Both the position numbers and the translations under genes were made by a program. A stretch of DNA of 62,423 bases, the filler included, from Asterionella formosa (Eukaryota), in assembly GCA_002256025.1 (NCBI GenBank). It is 5 parts of 5 records of this genome, joined end to end, with 100 filler letters (N's around TTAATTAATTAA, not from the genome) between each part and the next. Parts side by side here need not be neighbours in the genome. Positions count along the whole stretch, not along the records: positions 1 to 28,359 come from NKIB01001236.1; positions 28,460 to 56,823 come from NKIB01001239.1; 3 more parts are not named here. The stretch is one strand, 5' to 3'. This document shows, piece by piece, positions 20,666 through 31,890 of the stretch (its first letter is position 1; each line of letters begins with the position of its first letter). A model generated the notes under the pieces. It searched no databases. It worked only from the letters and a program-made list of their open reading frames with translations, and was not told the DNA's origin.

Positions 20666-23600
20666 ATGGTTCCATCACAATCAACTGTAATTTCTAGCGG
20701 CCCCTGCATTCATCAGACCAACTCACGTTCTTATGTCGATTTCATCACCATTCGTCTTTCTGACAATAACAATGACAATAACAATTACTTCAGTAAAGAA
20801 TGGACTGTGGTGGTGGGAGATATTTGTGCCGTTGCATGTGATCAAAGCAAAGGTCACACAACACCTTTTTCGGTTCCATGGTCAGCAGTACAAATCTTGT
20901 CCATTTATTCCACTACCAGTAGTGCCACTACTCCTTCCACTACTACTAGTGCTTCCAAGAAGAAGAAGAAGAAGAAGAAAGAGGACGAAAGCTCAGTAGC
21001 ATCATCAGTACTCAATACCAAAAAGCAACAGCAACCAATGTACAACATGACCATTCGATGGTTTTATCGGTACGAAGAATTGCCAGAAATTGTAATTGAC
21101 AAACTAGGTTCCATTGCATTGGAAGAGGATACTGATACATTCACAGTCTATGAAACCAACGAAACTCAAAGTGACTATCCTCTTGATGCCATACTTGGAA
21201 AAGTTGTCTTTCAGCGTCCTTGTATCAAGAATGCATCATCATCATCATCATCTACTACTACCACTACCACTAGTAGTGTGGTACACTTGACATGTCACAC
21301 CTACATTGATACAGAAACAGGCGAGTATAAACATGTCAAGAAGGATTGGAGGGAGTATCATTTATTTCATGCCATTGTACCTACAGCATTTACCCGAGGA
21401 TTTTGTACTGAACAAGATGAGACATTGATTAATGCCACATTTGCTGCTTTTTGTGGAGATCGATTGAACCTTTCAAAGAATTCCACAAATGAACCATATT
21501 GTGAACCAGCAGTAATAGTTAAACCAACCAGAGACAAGAAGAACAAAAAAACGAATGATACTACCAATATTGCTGCATTTGATCAAGTCATTTTGGAACC
21601 ATCAGCATTTCTGTATGATGCTACCCATGGAAAAAAGAAACAAAGGTATTACAGTTCAGTCAAGATTCCCATTTCTACTCAACATTGTGCCCCTCGGGTA
21701 GTATCTCGCAAGAATAGTGCTACTACAACTACTACTTCTGCTACTTCTTCTCAACATCATTGGAAATTACAAATTGGAGATATCATTTGTCTAAAAACCA
21801 ATACAGATACTATACAGCCTCCTGCTTGTACTACAGAGTGTCGTCTTGCAAGAAAGAAACAAAGTACAAGTACCCCCCACAACAGCAATACTAGTACAGC
21901 TTCAGAGGTACATCAACAACCACAACAGCGACGTGGAAAACAGAAACACTTTCCATTCACTGTACCATGGTCCTATGCACAAGTATTGAATATTTATCAA
22001 CAAGAAAAGTCAAAAGAAACATTAGTAGCCTTGGAAATTCGATGGTTCCTTCGATGGTCAGAAACATCTATACAGCTTGATTCCAACCCTTTCAAAATGG
22101 ACAATGACAATAATAGGGAAGAAATTTTCGAATCCAATATAATTGCATGTGACATTCCAGTATCACAAGTCTTGGGACATGTTCAGGGATGGTTGGGTCA
22201 TCATACAGAACATGGGTGTAGCCAATTTGAGGGTGGAGTCACTTCCAACGGAATGGTACCCACAGTACAAGCACGGTGTCGTTTTGTCCTAATCGGCAAT
22301 AATTTGGATCGCATTCAACCCATCTTTTGTGGATATTTGACACCTAAACAATGGCTTCGATTTATGAGAGAACGAGGGAAAGATGTTTCCAAATTATGTC
22401 AAAAGGACGAGAAATTGGCGTATGCCATTTCATTTACAGTAGATCCAGAACCCAATTGGATGGACGACGATGACGACATGAAATCGGCGGCCACCAATAA
22501 TTCGCTTTTAGTGTGCTCACGACAAGACAATAAAGAATATTTGTCTCAATATATGGTAACACCCCCTTGGATCAACTATTGCAATCCGGACCTGGTGTGT
22601 CATCCAAGATTTCGCAACAACAGCACGGTCCAATGGAATGTGGCGATTGGGGATGTTGTAGCATGTCATCTCATTCCCTCCCAAAAGCAACACTATGGTT
22701 CTGGTCGGCACATATGGTACCCCTACACGGTACCTTGGACCCCCTGCCAAGTCTTGGCAATTGTTCGTGACCGTAGTGTCGGCCACGACGATTGCCAGTT
22801 CGAAGTACGCTGGTTTTCCCGAGCAGATGAGTTGACTCATGTCCCAAACCATCATATGGAAATGAGTCGTCGACTTCATTTGGACCTCGTTTATGAGCTC
22901 ACAGACTCTCCGACAACAATGGTCCACGAGAGTTCGTTTTTGGGGCCAATCACATTCCTTTCGATCGAACAAAGTGGTGCTCAGTTGAGTCTCCCACCTT
23001 CCTTTATGCCACTCAATATACAATTGTATGGAGGAACGTATAATTGCAGGAGTGAAATTCATTCCCCAGACACTGTCGCATGGTCGCCACTAGAATCTGT
23101 AAGACGCGGAATACGAGAAACTAAGACATATGGTCCAACGGAATCAAACAAATTAGAAATTCTCCAGCAACTGGAACCAAGCCTCACTGTTGAAGGAGAG
23201 GTAAGGCTACCAGGAAGACGTGGCTTCCCTTCTGACGAAACTCCTCGAAAGAAGCCACGACGGGATTTACCGTTCAGCAACACTCCAACAAGCAAGGACT
23301 CTTCTACTCTGCTTACGCCTGAGGAGCTCACGTTGGATGAGCTTCGTGTATGGATTTCCGAAATGCCATTCCATGAGGATGTATCTGCCAAACGAAGTTT
23401 CTATACTGAGCTCAATGTCAAACCACCGTATAGCGATTATAGCGTTTTAAACAGGAAGGCCAATGATGAGGTCGTACCTGATGCAAACATACATTGGACT
23501 GTCAAGTTGGGAGATCCCGTCATTGTACACTGGACTACTAGTGCTGGGAAGACTTATTTCGATGAACGTGGTCCCCAAAATGCGTTCTTTCCATTCAAGG

Positions 23601-25601
23601 TCCCGTGGGCAGTGGGGGAAGTGACGAGTATTTGGATGGAGCACCAAAACATAGATGAGCTACCTAGCAAAAACGGTGGCTCCATTTCTCCATTCGATAA
23701 TCGTCGGGGAGAGATCATGATCGAAATCCGATGGTTCTATCGAGAGAACGAGCTCCCTGGAGCAATTAGAAATCGTTCTCTCCATCGTAGTGCATATTCA
23801 AAACAAAGAGAAGAAGTTTTGGAGACGGACCATGTGGATGAGACACCCGCTACGAGTCTCCTGGCGCCAGTCCTTCTGAATCCCTCGCCAGAAGAGGAGG
23901 AAGCGACGAAGAAGCATATTGGTATGCCTGTAGTGAGCTTTGAGTGCAGACGGATGTGGTCTATTTATAGAAAATCACTCATACCGATTGGATCAATGGA
24001 AGGGCGAGTGCTACGAGGACGCATGAACTCTCAGATTTTTGGGAAGAATAAAATTCTTCAACGCGCACTTGATGAATTTCTTGCAGGACCCTCAACACCG
24101 AATAACGAGGACGTGGCGCTCCAAATTAACGAGCCCACCTGGAAATCATCGTTTGAAAAGGTCATCCAAAGGCTAGCTTTGATTGATGCATCTGAGGACG
24201 GTCACGAACGAGGGGCAGCTCTTGTCGGTCGAGAACGCGAGCAGCAGACTATTTCCTCCTTTTTAAGGACTGCTATCGAGGGATTTGATATTGAATCTAA
24301 CGCAGGCGGTGACGCTGCCTCATCGATGCTTATTGGGGGACCACCAGGAACTGGAAAGTAAGTGTACCGTCAACAGATCTGCTACTACATTGAAAGTTCT
24401 GCGAATTAACGTAATAACACTCATACAAATTCCTACCTTTTTATACAGAACTTCAACTGTTTGTTCCATTATTTCTCAGCTCCAGAAAGAACAAGCTACC
24501 GGTCTATTGCCTACATTTGAATTTATTTCTCTGAATGGTATGGAAATGCGTCATCCATTTGAGTCGTATGTTAAGTTCTGGGAGGCCATCTCTGGATGCA
24601 AAGAGAAGAAACCTCCTGAAATCGCACTCGCCATGTTGGATCAATACTTTCGTCTTGGTACGAAAGGTGACGATTCTGCCAGTTGCACAACCTCAAAACC
24701 CGTTGTTGTGCTCCTGCTGGATGAGATTGACTATTTGGTCACCAAGAAACAGACAGTCATTTACAATTTTTTTGATTGGCCAAGGCGAACCCTAGAGAAT
24801 ATTGGTAGTCCCCGTCTGGTGGTGATTGGAATCTCAAACACACTCAATTTGCCGTCGCGATTGAATCCGAGTGTTCAGTCTCGAATCGGGAATAGTCCCT
24901 GTGTCTTCAAAGCCTATACTGCTTCATGTTTGGTGAACATCTTGACGACAAAGATCCAACCCGATTCCACTGCATACCAAGTATTTGACAAGGACGCCAT
25001 TATCTTTTGCGCCCGGAAGGTTGCCTCTGCATCGGGAGATCTGCGTAAAGCAGTCAAGACATGTCAGTCAGCCACTATAGCTGTCATGAAGCAATTTTTA
25101 GATAACAGTCGTGACGATCCTCAATTTGTCAGTAAGGACCAACAACCCATGGTCCGTATCAGGGATGTTCAAAAGGTCCTTCGAGAATCCTTTGGTTCCA
25201 TTGCCACCCAGGCGGTTGCTGCGAGTACGCCATTTCAAGTCCTAATATTGGTGAGTCTGTGTGCCTTGCGCAAAACCAGTGGGAAGACTGAGGGTGGTTT
25301 TGATCTCAAGGACGTCATGACCAAGATGGACGCAGTGGCATTTGCCTCTGGGAATGATCAATATCTTCCCCCACCGTCGGTTTCTGAGACCTTAGACCTG
25401 TTGACCACTTTGGCAGAATCGTCATTGGTTTCCCTCGAAACATCAAAGAGCACGGCAACTTCATTTCGAGGAGGTAGAGGGGGAAGTGGAGGAGCGTTCC
25501 CCCTTGTATCTATTGGGTTTGACCACTTCATGATAGTTCAAGCTTTGAAGGATACATTGCACAAGGAATTGGTCGAAAAACATTTGGGTAACTATTATTA
25601 G
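20666..25601 (+). CDS. ORC1: Origin recognition complex subunit 1 (BAH-like repeats + AAA+ + winged helix; 2 exons: 20666-24357, 24449-25601)
   Basis: A GTAAGT...TACAG intron (24358-24448, 91 nt) splits Walker A, and splicing restores GGPPGTGKT. Other motifs: LVGREREQQTISSFL, FISLNGMEM, Walker B LLDEIDYLVTKKQTVIYNFFDWP, VVIGISNTLNLP, ARKVASASGDLRKA. Confidence 0.92.
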
Positions 25602-25920
25602 GGATATACTTGATATATTACATACGATTGCTGATACCGACAGTAGTTCAAATGGAGCTGTTTCGTCAAGCTTGTAGAGAACCGGTAACTCAGCATGGAA
25701 AAAGCGGTCTTCAAAACACATGAAGGTACAACGCTTCCAGCACTCGGACAACCCTTTTTTAGTACACATGTACAATTATGCTGTGTTGAGCTAAGCTATC
25801 AAAGGTTGAAATAAATGAGTTCGTAAAAGATATGATTCTAAATATTTGATTGAAGGTTATCTAGATTGATTCGTTTATGTATTTGGATTGTGTCAAATCG
25901 CCGTGCAATGATGGTGTTAC

Positions 25921-27141
25921 TTATTTCGCTTCAAGTCTGACGGCAGCCATAAGATTCGACATACTCGGCGCTCGTCCCAATCCATTGGCTTGCATTTCAG
26001 GACAATAAGTTATTCTGTCATTGTTGGAGTATTCCTTGGCGTACCATTGTGCAGTTCGTCGAATGCCCTCTTCAAATGTAACTTTGGATGTATATCCCAA
26101 CATGCGAGCTGCCTTACTCACATCGGCACATGTGTATGGAACATCGCCTGGTTGGTCTGGCATGACTTTAATATTAGCCTTTCGTCCAACATGTACTTGC
26201 ACCAAATCAATAAAGTCCTTGAGGGATGTTCCGGATCCCTTGCCCAAATTGAAGATTTCGTACTTGTGTTGACGATCAATAGATCGAACAATGCCATCAA
26301 CAATGTCGTCAATGTACGTGTAATCTCTGGATGATGAGCCATCACCAAATTGTTGAATCTCCACACCACGACTGATGCGATCAATAAACTTGAATGGGGC
26401 CATGTCTGGTCGACCTCTCGGTCCGTAGACAGTAAAGAAGCGAAGGCCGGTAACGTTGAGCTGATACAAATGATGGTATGTGTATGCCAGCAGTTCACAT
26501 GCCTTTTTGGAGGCCGCGTAGGGTGATACTGGTCGGTCGACCACTTCTGATTCTGAAAAGAAGGTCGACTTGGATCCTCCGTAGACAGAGGATGAGGAGG
26601 CAAAGACAAAGTTTTGAATGCCATACTTGTGAGACAATTCCATTAGTTGTGTAGTGCCCTTAATGTTGGAATGAATGTACACGAACGGGTCGTCAATGGA
26701 GGGTCTGACTCCAGCTCTGGCAGCCATGTGGCATACCCACTGAGGTCGAGTGGATTCAAAGACGTGTTCCATAAAGTCAGCGTCACAAATGTCGCCGCGA
26801 AAGATGGCAACGCGGGCCTTGCCGTATTTTGTGAGGAGCAGATTCAGGTTGGACTCCTTGATTCTTACGTCGTAGTAATCATTGATCTCGTCGACAATCA
26901 CGACATCGTCTCCTCGGTCCAACAGATGCTCAGCAACATGAGACCCGATAAAGCCTGCACCTCCGGTTACGAGAACCTTTTTGTATCCGACGTGAGGAGC
27001 TACGAGTGATGCTTCGTCCTCCCACGATGAGGCCGTGGAAAGCGAGCAGTCGTCGGAGGAGCAGTTCGACAAAGAGACTGTCGTTGCGGGAGAGTCGAGT
27101 TCGACCATGCGCATGGGCTTAGAAGTAGCGGGTGAGTCCAT
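25921..27141 (-). CDS. GAE: UDP-glucuronate 4-epimerase (GAE/CapI-like extended SDR)
   Basis: VLVTGGAGFIGSH, DEINDYYDVRIKE, HMAARAGVRPSI, ASSSSVYG, catalytic PVSPYAASKK, LRFFTVYGPRGRPDMA, RDYTYIDDIVDG, QPGDVPYTCAD. Confidence 0.9.
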   Translation of the reverse strand: MDSPATSKPMRMVELDSPATTVSLSNCSSDDCSLSTASSWEDEASLVAPHVGYKKVLVTGGAGFIGSHVAEHLLDRGDDVVIVDEINDYYDVRIKESNLNLLLTKYGKARVAIFRGDICDADFMEHVFESTRPQWVCHMAARAGVRPSIDDPFVYIHSNIKGTTQLMELSHKYGIQNFVFASSSSVYGGSKSTFFSESEVVDRPVSPYAASKKACELLAYTYHHLYQLNVTGLRFFTVYGPRGRPDMAPFKFIDRISRGVEIQQFGDGSSSRDYTYIDDIVDGIVRSIDRQHKYEIFNLGKGSGTSLKDFIDLVQVHVGRKANIKVMPDQPGDVPYTCADVSKAARMLGYTSKVTFEEGIRRTAQWYAKEYSNNDRITYCPEMQANGLGRAPSMSNLMAAVRLEAK

Positions 27142-27525
27142 TGTGGCTGTGATGGCGGAGATAAGGAAGTGGGTTCTTCACTTTTCCTTTTGCAAGATTG
27201 TGAGAGATGGAACGGAATAATGGAAAATGAAGTCGGAAGAACAAAATGATGACTACGAACGCAAAATTCGGAGAAAAAAATGAAGAGGTCTATTTTACTT
27301 TCCACCTCACCAAGGAAATGACTCATCAGTACGCATTGTACAGAAAGTTTGCGACTACAAATATACATACCAGTATGTATGTGTTGGTAATGGATTAAAC
27401 TAAAATATTTGCACATAGGTATGTACCAGGTGGCCACGTATGTACATACCTGTAATGAAGGCAGCATATTTGCTACGCTCCAGTGCTCAGCCAGATCTGG
27501 GGAATAATCTACACACATGTCAACT

Positions 27526-27958
27526 TACCGGTACCAGGTACGTGGTACCTGGTATCGGGTACGAGGTACCAGGTACTCATTTAAGTGCGCACGACGGAAG
27601 CAAATAGTAAATACATCAGTCGTAGCCACGAGAATGTGTAAAAACGTATGTATGTAGAAGTGGGGGATGGAGAAAGGTGATATCCCTGCACTCTGATTGG
27701 TAGAGAACCCAGTTGACCATGATTGCGTCATTGAAAGATTTGAAATCAGATTCTCAAACCACCACGGCAGCGGATGATTCTAGGGATGGCTCGCTCGGAT
27801 CGGCAAGAGTTCCACTGGTTGATTCTGCTGAGGTGCTTGAAAATGGTTGGCAGCGCCGGCGGTCTTGTGTGGTGCAAAAGAAGAGATTCGGAACAATCAT
27901 ACGTTATGGACGCACTTACTACCGGTAGTTTCCTCGTACCTGGTACCTGGTACCGGTA
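27526..27958. repeat. GGTACC-rich inverted repeat pair flanking ~400 bp (possible MITE)
   Basis: taccggtaccaggtac (27526-27541) is the exact reverse complement of gtacctggtaccggta (27943-27958). Both ends sit within clusters of the same motif. Confidence 0.45.
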
Positions 27959-28359
27959 GTCGGAGTAGAATACTGTAGCAGCTCCTGATCTACCAGGGAA
28001 GGTGGCAGGAGTGGTACCAGGTACCTGGTGGTACCGGGAAACTACTCACTTACTCCCGGTACTCCGGCAACGGAGTAACTGGTAACCAGGTACCACCTGG
28101 TACAGGCACCGACCGCCCTTTCGTGTGAGGCAGGAGGCAGCGAGCAGAACGAGAAAATCCTTTCACAGTCTTCAATCATATGATTGGCTAATATTAATCG
28201 AATCTAATATGACTATCGTACGTACAAGTAAATATTTCATAATACCGGTCTGTAGATCTACCACCGATAATAACTTGCTGAGGTGATAAAAAGGCAGGCA
28301 GAACCACAAGTCCACCTCATCAATTTTGCCGTTCCACCGTCACTATCACAGAAAGTGGT

Positions 28360-28459
28360 NNNNNNNNNNNNNNNNNNNNNNNNNNNNNNNNNNNNNNNNN
28401 NNNTTAATTAATTAANNNNNNNNNNNNNNNNNNNNNNNNNNNNNNNNNNNNNNNNNNNN
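28360..28459. other. Assembly gap with artificial TTAATTAATTAA linker
   Basis: N44-ttaattaattaa-N44, identical at all four gaps. Confidence 0.97.
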
Positions 28460-28862
28460 ATGACCGGAGCAAAAACTTGCCACCAACATCAGATGTATCG
28501 ATATCATCGTTCGTCCGACGAAATATGGACGATGCGACTACATGAATACCTCGAGAAGACAAGCAATCCAACAATCAACCGCATCCGTTAGGCAAAGAAT
28601 CGCTACTGGCGTCATCGCGGAACTGATTTCGCTTCAAACCGGTCATGATAGACGACGATTGGCATAGTGAAAGGTGAATTGCCGGAGTCCACTTTTCAGG
28701 AGACGAACAAAAACGAGGTGAATTCTAGATATAAATTATTAGAATCTGTGTAGTATATAAAATGATTTCCTAAAGTAGACCCCTTGCCGATTTCGGCAAT
28801 CCCAGGGCTGGAAAACCGAGGGGCAATTGGCATCTGTTGTCTTGCCCAAATTCGAACATATG

Positions 28863-28965
28863 AAATATACAAAATATATTTTAATGATGGGCAATATCGG
28901 ACCTTTGGCAATTTTCGAGGTGAAGATAGTAAATATGCAAAATATATTTTATATGATGGGCAATA
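28863..28965. repeat. ~35-bp imperfect direct repeat (possible DNA-transposon subterminal relic)
   Basis: aaatatacaaaatatattttaatgatgggcaata at 28863 and aaatatgcaaaatatattttatatgatgggcaata at 28931. Confidence 0.6.
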
Positions 28966-30487
28966 GTAGGCTAAAATTGACATTTATGCTAAATTCGTGG
29001 GCAGTAGGTAAGCGAATGACGCGAGGATAGCTAGTTTGTGAATTGCCTCAACAATACACTTCTTGGCGGCTACTTGCCTTCTCGTATACATGTGTACTTG
29101 CAGGCAAGAGATCACCTCAGGCGTGTATTGCCTTCAGCACTGCCCCACCTTTCATCCACCACTGATGATTTTGATGTAGTAGATGATTCCAAATGAAGGA
29201 AAAATAATATAGATTACATGTCAATGCTAGTATGATTGATTAGAAAGCTATCACTCTAGCTAATTGGAAAAACAGAAGGGTTTTTCTATTCTAGAATACC
29301 AATATACAAATGCATAGTCATGTTTGTTTTTGATGGTCAGTTTAAATAGGCGTAGTACTAGCTGCGTAAGAATAAGGAATTTACAGGAAAAGTCATGCTA
29401 CTGATATTCAAAAAACTACAGGTGCAGACTAGTCAAGCAACTTCCTTTGATCCTCTGCCTCCTCCTTCGGTTGCCTTTTCTCGTTTTCTTCCTGTATATG
29501 TACAACCGTTATGTACGGAAGTGTAGGAGCAGTCGTCATCTGATGAGTCGCTATCATTGCTCATTTCATCAGGCAGCTACCGGTATGTATGAGCACCCCG
29601 GTAACATAAACCACACAGTCCCATCAAACGATTCAAATGTAAGAATATTCTAGTGCTATATCTATTCGCTAAAAGTTTCGGAGCGAGATTTGACTACCGG
29701 TACCGGCACTCTAGGATTTGGTCGATGCGGTCGGAAAAACCTGAAAATTTCGACTTTAGATAAGAAATTTCTCGACCAAGTGACGTGTCTTGATACTTTC
29801 ATGTGTAATTGGGGTTGGTATTTGGTCGATGCGGTGGAGGAGCACGTAACAATAGAAACCTCGCACATAGTTTCAAAGCAGATGAAAAGGAACAATATGA
29901 CATACTGGTGAGCTATGTCCGGAGCGTTGCGTGCTTCAAAAGAGCTCGCCATGTATCCCTCGTCTATGTACTGCCTTCCTTTCCTTGTACTTACCCTCGG
30001 ATTCCGGGAACAATAACTGAAAGTCCTTCTATTTATCATTATAGCGCGGATGTGAAAGGTAATATAATAAAATGGTCATTTTTCATTGACTTCGAGTATC
30101 AAACTTACTGGTACCCTACCCTCGCCTGTACCACCGGTATGCAGAAGAAGGCATCTTCATTTTGTAACATTTGGCCATCAGCAGGCAGTACTTTACATGC
30201 ACCCGTACATACCGGTATCAATGAGAATATCCTTGTATAATAGTGCGTTCAAACTCCTTGCCTGTTCGAGCTCTCCTGTTGATCCAACGTGCTGCCTGGT
30301 ACTAACCAGCATGTACTACAACCAGGTGGTACTCCAACCCTGGGTTCCAGGAGAGACCACCATCCTGGTACTGGTACCAGGTACCAGACCACCATCAGGT
30401 AAAGTTGCTCATTTATTTTCTCGGTCAACATTTCCTTTCGCCTCGCTCTCGTTGCTGCTTTCACTACCTACAAGGCCAATAGACAAT

Positions 30488-31712
30488 ATGAGCGTCGACG
30501 ACACATACACACCGAAGAATATCTTCCTCACCGGAGGTGCTGGTAAGAGGAAGGGATCCCAATTTACGACTCGATCATCCTAACTCAAAGAAATCAGCGA
30601 AATTGGACCACAGACCTCGCCGCCATTGCCACTCACACTCCTTCGTTTCTCCTGATTGTCACCCACCCGCGTTAGGCTTCATTGCTTCCCATGTTGCTAT
30701 TTTGCTCTGTAACAAGTACCCTGAGTACAATGTTGTCGTTTACGATAAGCTCGATTACTGCTCGTGCCTGGCCAACCTCGACGAGCTCAAAGAGTTGCCA
30801 AACTTCAAGTTTGTCAAGGGCGACATATGTTCTCCCGACCTTGTTTCCTACGTATTCAAGACCGAGGAAATTGACACTGTCATGCACTTCGCTGCCCAGA
30901 CTCACGTTGACAACTCGTTCGGTAACTCATTTGCCTTTACGCACTCCAATATCTACGGAACTCACGTCCTTCTCGAATCTGCCAAGTCCTGTCCCACCAT
31001 GCGTCGATTCATTCATGTGTCCACTGATGAAGTTTACGGAGAGGGAGAAGATTTCGACACTGGTCCCATGACGGAGGAGCACATTCTCGAGCCCACCAAC
31101 CCGTACGCCGCCACCAAGGCCGGTGCTGAATTTCTCGTCAAGTCCTACTATCGCTCCTTCAAGTTGCCCGTGCTGATTACCCGTGGTAACAACGTCTACG
31201 GACCCCACCAGTTTCCCGAGAAGCTCATCCCTAAGTTCACTAACCAGCTGCTCAAGGGACTACCGCTCACAATTCACGGTGACGGTAGCAACACCCGGAA
31301 CTTCCTGTACGTCAAGGATGTTGCGAATGCTTTTGATGTCATCCTTCACAAAGGAACTCCTGGCCATATTTACAACATTGGAGGTAAAAACGAAATTTCC
31401 AACATTGAGGTCGCTAAACTTCTTCTCAATCTCTTGAAGCCGGAAGTTACCGAGGAGGAGGAAAGCAAGTGGATCACTTTTGTACCGGACAGAAAGTTCA
31501 ACGACTTGCGATACACGATCAATTCCACCAAACTACATGAGTTGGGATGGGTCGAAGGCATGAGCTGGGAAGAGGGACTGAAGACGACTGTGGATTGGTA
31601 CAAGAAATACAGCTCACGATACGGAGATATTGATAGTGCACTCGTTGCTCATCCTCGTATCAAGGGAGTTTCTGCTGATTTGGATGATGTCAATACCTTT
31701 GGCGCACATTAA
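30488..31712 (+). CDS. UDP/dTDP-glucose 4,6-dehydratase (stand-alone RHM N-terminal/RmlB-like; 2 exons: 30488-30542, 30676-31712)
   Basis: A GTAAGA...TTAG intron (30543-30675) restores MSVDDTYTPKNIFLTGGAG|FIASH. Other motifs: YDKLDYCS, MHFAAQTHVDNSFGNS, HVSTDEVYGE, PTNPYAATKAGAE, TRGNNVYGPHQFPEKLIPKF, DRKFNDLRY. Confidence 0.92.
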
Positions 31713-31890
31713 ATTTATGGCGTTGCATATGTTTGTCAATTCCTTTGAAACAAATTGTAAGGAGAGAACATGCCGACGAGTTATGAAAAACAAGAGTGGT
31801 AAAACTAACTATACATACTGTAATTATGTCCGAAGTGATCGTATGCCTCGGTGGTACAGCCTTAAGTTGACATTCCCTGTGTTGTTATTA

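Noticed and set aside
24285..24448. Separate BAH protein and Cdc6-like ORFs
   Set aside because: A canonical 91-nt intron joins them and restores the Walker A motif GPPGTGKT.
28404..28415. TTAATTAATTAA palindrome repeated four times inside N-runs
   Set aside because: Identical linker centred in fixed 100-nt gaps, with stops in all frames. It is a scaffolding artefact, not biology.
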